Origin: Hydrolagus colliei
Lineage: Eukaryota
DNA length: 64,000 nt
Reading direction: 5' to 3'
Assembly: GCA_035084275.1 (NCBI GenBank)
Contig: CM068750.1
Span: forward strand, 7,192,001-7,256,000
The position numbers and the translations under genes were made by a program. Positions 35,861 to 49,583 of the stretch are shown in pieces (within the stretch, counting starts at the first letter, position 1; each line of letters opens with the position of its first letter). The notes beneath the pieces are model-generated. The model saw only the letters and a program-made list of their open reading frames with translations. It was not told where the DNA came from and made no database searches.

Positions 35861-38800
35861 GGCAACAGAAGACACAAAGTTATAATAAAGAAAGTGCATA
35901 TGGTTTTAGATCCTGGTCAGTCCTCTTTGTTGATCACCCTAAAGGATTTGATTTTGCCTCCTTGCTGCTCCTCTTCAGTCTGTAAAGTGAATTGACTATA
36001 TTTTGTGCGTTACATGTCATTTTGTGCAACTTGTGTCTGACTTAGCAGATTCCAATCTCATACCTGCGCCCTCCTTCCCCAATTGGAGTCTTGGTGATTT
36101 CTGGAAATATTTATATTACAGTATATCTGAAAAATATGAAAGTTACAAAAGAAGTGCTATGAGTAGCAAATGATGAGAGTTGGCCAAAGAATGAATGTAT
36201 TTTTTTTAAAAACTAATTTTAAAAACATCGGGACCTGCAAGATGGTTAAAGTCCCCATCCAGTGGTTCATAAGCCACAGAGAAATGGCTTACAAGGCATG
36301 GAGACCTCGTTTGGGAATGTTTGGAATGTTCCTGGCTGTTTACAAACTCTATTTATTCACACCTGTGTGCTAGAATGCGGTGCTCTCAGGAGTGGCCCCG
36401 ATTACAAGAGGGTCAAGCACCAAGGAGACCTAATTAAAAGCTCATTACATGAGACAATCACCATTAGCATGCCAAAACTCTATGTTAATCCATTAGCACC
36501 ATGACTCTCTTCGGAAGCTTCAAATTCCAGCTCCACCTCCCACCCCTCCCCCACCCAAAGGGGCTAGAAACCACAGCCAGACATTGCCTTTTTCATTCAA
36601 TGAACATCAGGTATCCAAATCAGGCAAGCGGTTTCAGGATCACTTGTCTTTTTGGACAATCGTTTTGAGAATAAATGGATAAATCAGCCAAAGTGGCATA
36701 AGTCAAAATATTCAATCACCATTGAAGGGAAAATAACCCCAAAAAAGAAAGAAAGGAGAATTATGACGTACTAGATATTGATGACATACTGTGTGCTCTG
36801 GCTTTTTAAACAAATATTCACCCATATTGTGATGTTAGTTGATCTCAGCCAGGCCAATGTAATTGATTTGTGTTACATATTTTAACACTGGCAGCAGTGA
36901 GTCATTCAAACTTGGAACTTTAAAGGTTTTTGCATAATTTTTCTTTAGGATAGGTTTGAAGACACTAGAAAACAACAACAACAACAAAATGACAACTGTA
37001 TAAACATTCTCTCTTTTGTCTCAGTCGCTTTCTTCATATAAAAAATGTAAAAGACTGTTGTTTTATGGTTTACATGCAACATGCAACAATTCTCAGCGTT
37101 GTTGGCTCTGGACTTTATATATGTTTTGTTCAATGCCCTGTTACAAAAAAAGTTCAAGGCTAGCTAGATGCAAGTGTTTCTAGGTACCATAGCGCGTTAT
37201 CCTTGCAATGTTGTAGATTCTAACAGAGGACATTAAACCTTCTTATGCTTAAAGTCAGTAAACAGTACTATTGTTTGAGCCCCAGGAAAAAGCCAATTGA
37301 TGCAAAGGAAATTACATGCTGTATGTGCTCCTGCACTTTGCTTGGTGGACACTTGTACAAAGGGCTGATCTTTCGGTTTAGTTTGGCAGGATCTAACTAG
37401 TACTTAACTTGTTTTCTGTCCTACTCTTTTCAACCTTGGTGGCACGTTGCACTGTTAAAACGTACCACACACTTTTGTTCACCTAAGTCCTCAACAAAAA
37501 CAAAATCTGCAAAAGCCAAAAGCTTCCTGTCAGGACTCAACTGAGTTGAAATGGATCAAAGTAACCAGGGACAAGTTAAAAGTGGCTATCTGTTGCACGC
37601 CCTGCCTCATTAACTGCTGATAGATATATCAGCTTAGTCTTCTGGGATACCAAACACCCAAAGTCCGTAACAAAATGAACTCTGGGTTATTTCACCTCAC
37701 GGTTCCATGTCCAAGCTTAGCATTAAACACCTTCTTGACCTCAACCTTTTACATAATATCTGTGCTATTAACCAGTTGAAGGAATGATAGATGTATCCCT
37801 CAGAAGACCTGCCAAATGCTGGTCATCATCAGAGTTTCGGAAATCAATAAAAGCCATGAAGAGAAACGCTAAGCTATCAATGGCAAGTGCCGTCCCCTGG
37901 GTCTTCCTTTTCCCTTCCTTCTTTCTTTCGCGGCCTGAATAGAATGAGATGGAGATCTCGCCCCCCGTCCTCAGAAACAGTATCACTATCCCAGTGTGAT
38001 AGATCCATTCAATAGGGAAAGCGGTCTGAAACTGAGAGGCCTGTCTACCAGAGTTCCAATGCTGTTCCTTTGACTAGGACCAGAAGGATCTCAGTATAGT
38101 GTAATATTACAGCTCACTCAGACAGGCTGCAGGCCTGCTCCTAAAGAGCCCATCTGGCACAGCCAGAGAATAGCAATAATTACAAGCTGATGATGGACAT
38201 GGAAAAAAAAGAACCACTGAGTTATCTTTCAAGAACTACAGAGCAGGACTGTTGGGAAATTACAGGCTAAAGCTCTTTCTAGTTCAAGCCTTTTGGTGTT
38301 CTTAATCACAGACTTTAAACATTGCAATAAACACTGTTACATTTTATTGGCCAACTCTCATGACAGAATCCTTTTTTTATTGTCATTTCAGATGACCATT
38401 TTTATTGGTGTTTTAAAAGATCGACCTATCCTTTCATCAATGATGACAGAAACGTGAATTGGTTACAATAATGGATAGTGCAGGATTCCATAATAGTACT
38501 TTTACATACTCTGCACAGGCTACAGTTCAAAAGAGTCTATAAATTCTACTGAAGCTCTTTCAGAAATTATTTGTCTAAATTTTGTAGGTTAACCATCATT
38601 TTTTTATGAGCCCACAAATACAGATGGCGGTTATTAACTCCAGCATTTTTACTGCAGAGATTACCTCTTCGGTTCAGCTGAAAAAAAATCTTCACATTTT
38701 GTAGAAAGGAGATGTATGTGGGAACGAATGTCATGTCCATTTTGTTTTTATTGAGACATCCCAGATAGGCAACAAAGAAAGAGTACTGTCCTTTTAACTT

Positions 38801-39379
38801 TACAGTCAATAAAGTTTAGTTCTGTCTGGAACGTTGGGATTTCCTGTAATTAATTCTTATATTGGCCATCTCCATAACAAGTTAGGTTTTGTAGAAACAA
38901 CACAGATACATGACTGTCTTGCACAGTGCTTTTATTCATATCCTGCACTTACCAGTAAGCACGCTCAAAATGCAAGAAAGGCTAACTTCAAAATAAATCC
39001 ATACAAATTGTAGATTAACCATTGAATATGGAGGCTGAATCATACCTCAATGCCAATGGTAATTATACTTTCATGGAAACACAGCCCCCTTTAACAAAAG
39101 GAAGAATACACCTGCTGTGTTCGGACTTTGAAAGTCAGAATATTCCAAAAAGAGCTGCATTCAGGGAGACCATAGGAACTAAACTAATAACAATCAGCTG
39201 CTTTCAGGACCTTGTTGACTGAAAAGACTGAACTCATTTATTTTCCCAAGCTACTCAGATATCCATGATGTACATATGTTTCACACAGTTACCCAAACAG
39301 GCCTATTCACACTACAAGCATAACTTTAGGGTTTATTGGTCCAGGTTTGATCCAGCTGCTCACTGAAACTTTTTTGTCC

Positions 39380-39600
39380 AGTTTTTCTCCCTTCCTTTAC
39401 TGCAAATGGTGACTCTTAATGCGGCACAGTTCCCCTTGCAGCTTTCTGGGAACCTCACTCACTTCAGTGGTCATTCTGGATGTGTCCTACTCAATACTGT
39501 TCCCCTAGCTGAGATCAGTTAACTCTGAGGATCAAGCCAGATACCTTCCAAGTCTGTATGGATTTGTGTGGTTCACTAACACATTTGTATTCTGATTCAT
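39380..39600 (-). mobile_element. Family C copy, internally deleted
   Basis: gcacagttcc...gtggtcattct joined to gctgagatcagttaactc...accttcc...tctgtatgg. Confidence 0.6.
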
Positions 39601-40344
39601 TTGGTAAGCCCATAACAACATTAAGTCTGTGTAAGTCTCTGATAATACGTTTCATACTAGTGTGAGTCCACTACTGCTTCAGTGTAAAAACAGACCTGAA
39701 GTGACACTGCAGTCTGCCTTTGATGTGGTAGCTTGTCTCCGGCATTTAAGTGGAGCGAATTGTAACGTCAAACAGTGACCCAGTGAGTCCGAGTAGAAAC
39801 CTTAGTTCCTAAATGTGTTTATGTGGCTGTGTGTGTAAGCATGCATGTTGTTTACAGAGGTTAAATACAAGCAACACATCTTTGATTATTTGATCAATTT
39901 CTACTGACTGAGTTAACCTTTTCATGTTACAACGAGGAATTGTCAAGTGAAAGACGTGAACCAGAAAGTGTCTGAATCTTATCAAAATGCAGCCAGTCAG
40001 TGAGGCAACTGTAAAGCTAACCGCATTGTTCGCTAATAGTGAAACATAAAGCAGGTCGCTGCATTAAAATACTGTAAATACTTAAGATATATTGTACTGC
40101 AGGTGCTACCACATCCCTCTTTTCTCCCCATAAAGATGTTCAAATGAACACAAAACCTACATGTATAAACCCTGTTTTTAGCAAACTTCTTGCCATTCGA
40201 TTTAATGTAAATTGTTACCATATCACAGTTTTGTTTCTTATAATAAAATAATAAGCTTTGGATTTGACAGCCACTTATCACATTGAAATGTCTCAACGCA
40301 TTTGAGTGATTTGGGATTTTCAGGATGGATGAAGCAGCCAATAT

Positions 40345-40520
40345 TCACACAGTCACTAAGTGAATAACCAATTTTTACTGGAGGATTGTTGTCAGGATAT
40401 CAGGAGAAATTCCCTTCTCCTTTTGAATAGTGCCCTTGGATCTTCATCAGGCACCTAAACAGGCTAATGGGACCATGGCTTTACATTTAAAGAATGTCAC
40501 TCCAACAATGCAGTACTCTT
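40345..40520 (-). mobile_element. Deu-domain SINE fragment
   Basis: ttgttgtcaggatatcaggagaaattccc...ttttgaatagtgcccttggatctt is the reverse Deu core. Confidence 0.7.
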
Positions 40521-40996
40521 TCATCATATCACATTAGACTGTGATTTTATGTAATTCTGATGCAATTATGCCCACAGTTATCATAACATCACCCAACACA
40601 ACCTTCTCATTATCAATAATTCCACCATATTATGTCATACTATAATTCTATGAAATAATTTTAATTTAATAGAAACTTCATGAAATTGAGGGTTTTTCAA
40701 TGGCTCTAACTGCACTGGGTCACGGTTTGGTGCTAAAGTTTTTTTTTGTTGAATAACTGATCTAAGGTGAATTGTTGGTGGAGGAACTTCCATTGGCCTC
40801 TTTGCTCTAGAATAGGAAGAATGGGGAAACTAAAGGTTTTGCTAATTATTGCTATCCAGTGACCCCACTGGCTGGCTAATCAATGTGTAGGGCTTCACAT
40901 CTTAGCCAAAAATACTAATGAAAAAGAGAACTGTCCTATTTATGTTGGTGTTTAATTTCTTTCATCCAGAATTCATACTAACATTGTCCAGAATTT

Positions 40997-41110
40997 TTGC
41001 TCACAAAATATATAGTCAATTTATTTTACAGTTTATCCTGTGAAATACTTTGAAACGTCTTGAAGGCATGATAAGGCACTATATGAAAAGATGCCAGGAT
41101 TATTTATTTT
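40997..41110 (+). mobile_element. SINE 3' half
   Basis: cacaaaatatatagtcaatt...tgtgaaatactttgaaacgtc...gataaggcactatat. Confidence 0.75.
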
Positions 41111-41399
41111 AATAGGCATTACAACCAGGGAACTCCTCATCTATGTTTTCCCAGAAAACAGAAACAGTCGGAGATCCATATCAAACAAAATGGTTTCAGG
41201 CTCTGCAGAGAGATGGTTGAATAGTGAACAAATGAGAATTCTTCAGTTTTATTTTAATTACGTTCGGAGATTAGCAAGTATTTATACGAAAACGTTTTCC
41301 ATTTAATAAAGTGGGTAAGCAGAATACAATGAGGTAATCTTAGCATGGTCTGTAGGAGGAGTATGCTTAATGGCCAAATAATCTGACGTAGTCTACCAG

Positions 41400-41620
41400 A
41401 CCCACAACCCATGTTAGCATGGATGTCAGCAGACTATTCAATTATTCTGTCTTCACTTAATACATTAACTTTTCCAATCTCTGAACTGTTATTAGGGAAA
41501 GCAATTGTGGATGATGTTTCTTCCCTTTATCAGGGTCTCTGAGATCAATCATAAAACATCCATCTCCCAACCTTGCTGAGATCAGCAAATGTTGCAGAGA
41601 CAAGAAATTAACCATATGGC
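41400..41620 (-). mobile_element. Family C fragment
   Basis: ttgctgagatcagcaaat and cttccctttatcaggg match the reverse of family C. Confidence 0.4.
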
Positions 41621-41759
41621 ATATTAAGTATATATGTTCCTTTAACTATCCGAGCATCTGAAAACCTACCTGGATGCACCCCAATAATTCTTGCATATGA
41701 TACAATACTTATAGTGTCAAAACCTCTCAAAGAGCTATCTGGAAATTGCTATCTGGTAG

Positions 41760-41980
41760 ATTGTTGGGTAGGACAGTGGGAAAAACTCCCTTTTCTTTTT
41801 GAAAAAGTCATAGGATTTTTGGTGTTTACTTGAACAAGCAAATGGGATCTTGGTTTAACAACTCATCCAAAGAAAAGTATGGCACTGGAGTGTCAGCTTA
41901 GTCAGCGAGTCTGAGGCCTGATGTGGAGATCAAATGCATAATTCTCTGATCCCACATGTGAGAGTGCAAATGAGCCAAAA
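41760..41980 (-). mobile_element. Deu-domain SINE, 5' half with tRNA head
   Basis: aactcccttttctttttgaa...tggtttaac...ctcatcc...gcactggagtgtcagc...gagagtgc...gagccaa. Confidence 0.7.
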
Positions 41981-42049
41981 TTACATTTCTACTATCTTAC
42001 ACTTCAATATTATAAGTATCATTTTTAATGTGCTAATGCCCTAACTTGT

Positions 42050-42285
42050 TCTCCATTCCACAATCCCTTTGCCTTTCTCCCTCCCTTGCCTTCTTCAAGG
42101 CCCAACTCAAGACCCTCCCTTTCGACTGTGCATTCAGATATCTCCTACCTTTCTGCCCTCCCTCATCCCAACCCTAATACAATTTTGTTGTTAGCACACA
42201 GTATGCAGTCACTACTCTCTACATTATATTCTGTGAAGTTCTATTTGACATACCGCTGACTGAATTGCTCTGTATTAAATGTAAG
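42050..42285 (+). mobile_element. Old L2 3' end
   Basis: ccttcttcaaggcccaactcaagaccctccctttcgactgtgcattc (FKAQLKTLPFD) matches 50150-50190. Confidence 0.7.
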
Positions 42286-42489
42286 AATTATTTACAGTAT
42301 TACTACATACAGTAATTTGTCTAAAGATTCTGAAGTTAAAAATGGAAATCATCTCAGAGATGCAAAGCAGTTAGAATATATAGAAACAAGGAATTGAAAT
42401 AACATTCTGTATATTATCTACAACATGGTTAGACCATTTAATTTTCTTGCACTAATGAAAGGGCGATTAGATCACAGATATCTTGCTTG

Positions 42490-42537
42490 CAACAACAACA
42501 ACAAAATTACATTTATAGAGCACCTTTCACATCAGGA
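42490..42537 (-). mobile_element. L2 3' tail
   Basis: caacaacaacaacaaaattacatttatagagcacctttcacatcagga. Confidence 0.8.
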
Positions 42538-45500
42538 ATATTGTTGAACTATTATGAAATATTTATTTGTGATGGGTAGAACGAAAGGAAACATATAAAA
42601 GCAAAATGCATTCGGATTAGTTAAACAATACAAGTACAGTAATTACATTTTCTATGTTACTGCTACTTATAATAGTCTGGGTTATTTACAAATGTATAAG
42701 TTTTCTACATTAAAGCAAGATTCATCATTAATGCTTTATTTTTATCATTACCTCAGTGATTGACGTTTTCCATGCACAAACATACAGGCACATCAGGGAA
42801 TTTGCTGGATTGATCTGTAGGGATAAACACAAAAGTGAATGGTGACGAGCAAACTGGCAGGATGTATTCTATTTAGTTTCAAAGATCTCGCTGTAGATGG
42901 AACAATGCACGAGAATAGACTGGTTTCATTGATTTAGCTTTTCATAATCTCTTTGGGCTACGGTCTTGTGTGGTTGGACAGTACTGAAAAGATGTGAAAA
43001 AAGGCAAAAGCAACAGCCAATTGCAGTCATATCCTACATTGAAATGAACTCTAAGAGGGGCCTACTTTTACCTTAGCACTTAAATTCGTGGTAACGCACC
43101 ACCATGAACGTTCCCAAAGAGATACATTTACAAAGCCTAGTATCGGAGAGGCTTCTTTCGTCTCTTGAGATACATGTCATCTTGTTGTTTGGTACTGAGA
43201 CCACTGCTTCTCCCAACTATATACGTGTATAATTATCTTCCCTGATACCTGAGACAGTTTGCAGCAGTCTTATTACTGAACAATCTAAACTATCCCTCAA
43301 GGCAAGATTTAATACCAGAATACAGGTGGTTACATTTTTTTAAAAAGCTTTTGGAAACCAGAGTTGCAGTTACTTTTTTTAAAAGTCGATTGAATAATTT
43401 AATTCATTTCCTTTCTTGTAAGAAAGAGCTTGTTTATGTTTATATAAAATGAGGCCACAAGTGCAGTCCCCACCCCTCCATGCCACACTATTTCCAAATG
43501 GATTTACTCTCACAGAGCTAAGTATCACGCCTGGACATGGAAACTAAACCATACAGACTAGCAAAATGTCTTTCAAGCAAACCTGGTTCTAATTTGAAGT
43601 ATTTCGAGTCCTGGCAAGTAACGTATGTGTCATCGTGGATTCTCACTGAGCTTGATCAGATAAAATGCAATTTGTGTAAGTGTCTATTGCATACACACAC
43701 ACTCCAGAAATCTATGCCCTTAACTATTGGCATGCAGGCACGGTGATTGTTACATTTGCTGATAGCTTCTCTAACCTCGTTTGATCTTACAGCCTCTGCT
43801 CAGGAAATTGCATTCTATTTACCAATGCCTTCAGATAAATTAAGCAGAGTGGGTGCTGTGCATTGTCACCGATTTTGTTCCTTTTACTTAAAATGACGAG
43901 GCATCCAACTCTGCAAACCAGACCTTACTCTGCAAGCTGTTAGCATTTTACTTCAATAACAGAGTTCTTGAAACTCAATTTTATTTGCATGGACATGCAT
44001 TTCAAAGTTTGCCTGCCCTTTTCCTCCCCAACGCCCCTTTAAGCCCCCAGCTGAATTCGAGTAATGAGTGGCCATGGAACTCATTGCCCTTTATCTTGCT
44101 GGGCTATGTGCACCTTTTGAACTGCCATCTGCAAGTGTGCTGATGCACTAACTTGTTAACTATGCCATACTGTGAAGGAAATGGCATGATTTAGATCAAG
44201 TGCTCAGGACGGCTGTTCATAAGAAACACTTGAGCTGAGCTGTTGCAGTTCAGGATGTGCCCTGGGGAGAGAGGCTTCGTTTCGGGTCACGCTCTTGTCT
44301 TGTATGAGGGCAAGCGCAGAGTAAAGAAATCACAGTATTATGCCAAAGCTGTGAGAGGAAAAACATTAAGAACCCAGAGAAGTGAAGCTGCCAAATTAAC
44401 TTCTCACCTTTTCAATCACACTCCAGAGGGTAGACGCCCAAAATTTATGCTTCTGAAATAAGCTCAGTTTACATTAAGGAAGACGTTACTCCAATTTTAT
44501 AGATTATAACCAGCTTTTACTCAATCAATCCAAACTTTACAACTCATTAATACTTATTTAGTTACCTGCATTATTTAGGCATGATAATGTAATGACTTTC
44601 GTGTTCAGCAAAAGTCTGGAACCATTTTGAGGAAAACCATTAAAATTCTAATGTTACACAAAACACAGCTAAATTAAGAGTGAGCATTGAAACTGTTCCA
44701 AGTAAATAAAGAACTACAATCTATCTTGGGCTCAATCCAAAACAAGGACTACAAATCAGTTTAAACTTCAATATGTGATCTGAATAGTGTTTAAGTTACT
44801 AAACTGAAAGCAGTTCTTGAATTTCTTAGTCTCTTCATCTGCATTGTTGATCCTGGACATTCAAACATTCAATGTATTTGTCTTATGAGTACACAAATGG
44901 ATTATTAGAACCATTCTCTCAAACAAATTCACTTTCCCGCACACTCTAAATCTGTTTAGTCACATTTAATGGTGTCAATTATTGGAACAGGCTCAGGCTA
45001 TGAATTTCTTAGTAATGGCTTTAATAACATTAGTAAATGAAAAGCAGATGACTCTAAGTTGGCTTACTTTGAAAAGACATATGAGTACTTCTGTTTTTAA
45101 TTTATATACTATTCTACATCTGGAATTCCTTATAATTAAAACTAAAAGCTCAACTACTACTTCCACCTCTCAAACATTGAAAAGATGAATACAGTAATAG
45201 GTTTCTAAATAGTTGGAGTACACAAGAGTTCAGTTTTCTTTCTTATCGAGCAGTCAAGCAGATGATCCATGTTAACTCTTTTCCTCAAAACAGTTAAAGG
45301 CCTCAAGTAGCGACTCAAGATACTTTTAAGACCGAAAGGCTTCCATTAATTTTTAAAAATGGCCATGTGGTTGTGAAGAAAAACACTACTCCTACTAACA
45401 ATAATTGGGATTTCCTTTTTCTGAAAGTACAATTCCTAAGAAACAGTTTTTGATTGTGATCGTACATTAATGTAGATCAATGCAGCCCGGGAGAATCATT

Positions 45501-46428
45501 TGAGCTTTATTTTTATGGTAGTATTTGGGTAATTGATCCCTGCTTTTCTTGTACTTCCCCCCTCCTCCCCTGATGGCGCTGACTCATGCTGGTCTAAGGT
45601 TCCATCGTTGTCGAATGCCCTGCGGTATCTCTCCCTAGTGGCCTTCTTCACAAGTGAGCCCAGACAATGACTTGTCACAATAGGGCATAGGCAAGGTAAG
45701 GTATAGGCAATTCACCCTCCAGTTTCCATCTTTCACTCAGAGAAAGCATCTCATCACAAGTCTTCTTAATCTGCTGCCTCCGAAACAGAACAGGAGGAGA
45801 GGAACTTGCCAAACGGGCAAAGGATTTCACAGGAGCAACATGTCCTTGTGTAAAGCGACTCACATTGAACCAAAGCATTTTATTCTATAAGTCATCTTAT
45901 TGCATTCTATCTACAGTACCTCTTCCAGGCAGCTGTAGCTACACTGTACTATGACATGTAGGCTTTACTCAGAGATTCTTGCATAATCATAGCTACACAA
46001 TAATAATACTGAAACTATGAAAATAAGCTATTTCATTATTTCATTTTCTCCACCTGCATTCCCCACACCAACCCCCACAAAAGACAATCATACAGTTTTT
46101 TTCCAGCTGATCCCATCTGTACTTTGTTATAACTCTATTGACAATTTAGAGCCCCACCCCACAACACCACGACTATTCTATACCAAAACAAATTAGCCCA
46201 AGTAAATTGTGTTTAGGTTGTGGAATATAGTTTGGATGTGGTTTGGCAACTTCTCTTTAGTAATTTCTCTTTGTTAACCTAGGAGAAGTGCGGAGCTCTC
46301 TTTAACAGTTTGAACAGAGTCTAATGATGTTTTGGTAAATTATGTGTTTGCTTCCCTGTGCTGATTAATACATCATGCAGAGACATCTGAAACCTAAATC
46401 AGCTTGTATTCCTTAATACCCCTGCATT

Positions 46429-46733
46429 GTGGACTACTGTAGCACAGTGGTTAGAGCACTCGCCTTGAAGCGAGAGATCTGGGTTCAATTCCAGGCAGGG
46501 CGAAATCTTGGACCAGTTTCCTTACTCCGCACGATTAATAATAATCGCTAAAAAAAAAAAAATTTGGTCTCTCAGTCCATGATTGTTTGTAGAACACCGC
46601 TGTGCGCAATTGGCTGCTGCATTTTGCCCACAAATACAGTCAATTAACTTTATAGTATATTCTGTGAAGCTCTTTGAGACATCTAGAAGATGTGAAAAGC
46701 GCTATATCAAATGCAAGGATTATTATTATTATT
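46429..46733 (+). mobile_element. SINE family A, full length, short variant
   Basis: A-box tagcacagtggttagagc, B-box gggttcaattcc, (TTA)n tail, possible TSD attgt. Confidence 0.95.
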
Positions 46734-46989
46734 GTCTACACTTTTTACATCAGGAATACGTTAGGATACCATCTTTCTCAACAGAGATAAACATTACAAC
46801 AAAGAACTTTGTTTGGTTATGCATGCCTCACAACTCAAAACATCAGTAACACATTTTATTTAGCCATGAATACTGGTGGTTCCTTTGACAGTGGCTTAAA
46901 GCATCAAGCTTTACACCTTGGTGGGGGAAAGGAATACAGTATTGTATTTTCTCAACACCAACTTCTTTATCTAGGTCCTCACGTGAAGG

Positions 46990-47520
46990 AATTTGGCAAA
47001 GATTTATGCCTGCTGTGAAGCTAACTCTGGTGCCAAGGTGTTGAGTGAGAGGTAAATGTAGGCCTGGAGCCTTCCCTTCCCGATTTTACCACAAGCATTT
47101 TACCAATGCCCGCCCAATAGCACAGAACCATGAATTAGACACTCATCTTATATGCCACAAGCTTAACCTACATTGGAACTTTGCTTTCATTGAAGAGAGA
47201 TGAGAAAAATACAAGTGTCCTTCTCCCCTTTTACAGCTTGTTCACATAGGACAGTGTCCAAACAAACGTTGGTGTCCAACACATTCCCCAGAGACAGATA
47301 CGAATCACCAATTGGGACATATCCCAACAAAACCCTCAAGATCCCCTTACAAGCCTTCCAGAGCTGTAATGCTGCAACTGACCAACAAATCCCATAAATG
47401 GCCAATGTTCAAGAAAGATCATGAGTGCAGTGCACAAGATCCCCGTGAGAGTCTGCCAACAGCACAACATGACATGCAAACAGAAGTGCCGCAATTCCTT
47501 TGGAAATGCTTGGAACAGAC
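46990..47520 (-). pseudogene. Degraded non-LTR reverse transcriptase, RTE-group-like, copy 2
   Basis: GIAALLFACHVVLLADSHGDL from 47498 downward, later SSLFNESKVPM*VKLVAYKMSV; colinear DNA matches to 34194-34410. Confidence 0.7.
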
Positions 47521-49583
47521 GGACCAAACCTGTCTAAACAAGCCAATAGAGCAGCACAGAATTAGAAACGTCTATGTACTCAGTGATACTCAAAGGGAAA
47601 GCGACTGAGTGGCTTTGTCAGGAAAAGTATTTTCAGAGGATCCCCTGCAATCAGTAAACAAAGAGGCAATGGAACAACATTCGTCCATATTTAGTCACCT
47701 CTTCCCCAGTTGGCAGAAGAGGTTCCAAACTTAGAACTGTCCAACGGACAGCACTTGGAGGACAAGCAGGAAGGGCAGAATAAACATTAAAGGAAATCTC
47801 CAAGAATTCTGTTGTGCAGAATGGTAACAGGAAATCTATGCCGATAAGAGAAAGCTGGGAATTGTAAATGTGCTAAAGCAATGCTCTGAAAGAATGCTCG
47901 GAATAATTACCCATAACAGTCCTTACAAAGAATGATGATGAAGTGAGAAAGTAAGAGGCTTATGCAAATCCAATGAACTTGTCAAGAAAGCAAAATTAAT
48001 ATACTGCCAAAAAGGTTTTACATAGTGAAATCACTGTGTCTCCATCATCACTTCTAGGCCTAAAAAGCTTTGGGGCACCTGTATTGATTTTGTGGGCCTT
48101 CAGAGCAGAGGACACACCCAAGTCACCATTCTCCTGGCAAACGTCAGCCTCCTTATGCATTCCTTCTCATTCATGGTCCTTGTACTGTATTTGACTAAGA
48201 GATCCGCTTCCAGTCAAGAGCTTCCTCTGCAACCTTACTGCTGTTACCTTATACCGTTCTTCTCCTGCAGATGGAAAGATTTTTCAGCTAGAAAACTACA
48301 CTTTACATGAACTCATTGCCATTGCAATTCTTTTAAATTGTCCCTTCATTGAGCTGACTAACTCCAACTATGACCTGGAGGTACGCATTTTTCAGTGAAC
48401 CATTTCAAATGCACAATTCATCCATTGAGACCTTAACAAACTAAATTGTCCTTGCTAAGGAGTTTTACTCTGGTTTCCGAGCACCATAATACTGTGAGTT
48501 GCGCTAAACACAGAATAATTTTTACGTTGGCATTATGCCCCTGTTTACGCTGCTTGACATTGATGTTAAAAGTAGCAAGCACAGAAATATTGGGCCCTAG
48601 GTTTTTATTAAAGTTAGTAATTGATACCACAGTGAGCATGTTAAGAGCGTTTTGAAGTCTCTGGAGAGATCAATGTTTAAGCGGAAGCAATTTATTTTCC
48701 ACCTGCTTGTGTTTGTTGTCTGGCAGCGATTCAAACTCACCATAAAGTAAAATCTACGTTCAAAAATGTTGAGAAAAATTGCCCCTTTCCTGGCTGGTTA
48801 TTCAGTAGAATAAACACCTTGTTATGGAATTCCAATGGCATATTTAAATGCAGCAGGTATAGAATTTCTAACCACAACTAAAAGATTTTAATGGCTTTTA
48901 CAATTTGGATTAACACTTGAGGTATATTATTCTAGTGGATAATAGCAATAATTATCTGAATAAGATTCCTTAATTGGTAATATCAAATTAATTCATACAT
49001 TATATTCATTATAGCTTCGTTAACAAACGTATCATGCTGAGAGTGCTTACTTGGGGGCAATTGTGCCAGGTGAGAAGAAGTCTTGTTAAAATACGCATTC
49101 TTAATGATGTTCAGTATTTCATAAAGTTGTGACTGGCATCTAAAAACCCAGGAGGAAAATCCCAAACCGCTTCTAAATAAACTGCATTGTGCTAAAAAAA
49201 AATGCTATATGTTTAGGCATACATCCCAAAATCATTAAACTCATACCTATTTTTGGTATAAAATGTTATGGGGAATATTTTTGAAGATATACACTGGCAA
49301 GTATAATACTGTACACACATCAGTTAGATTTTAATGTTTCTTCAGTAGAACTATTCCAATCCAACTTTTTGGAGACAGGTTCAATGCAAAAAGTGTAACA
49401 TGCATAACTGGAACTCCCTAGAGCAGAGTAAGCCATACAGCAGCAACAACAACAAGATACAGACTGGAAGGTAGCAGATTCAAATCTCTAGCTCTGCACT
49501 GGCCTCATGCAGGGAGCATTTAGAATACTAGAACCATCCTCAATACTTTAGCTTCATTGTTACTCATGAAACCTCATGAAGCC

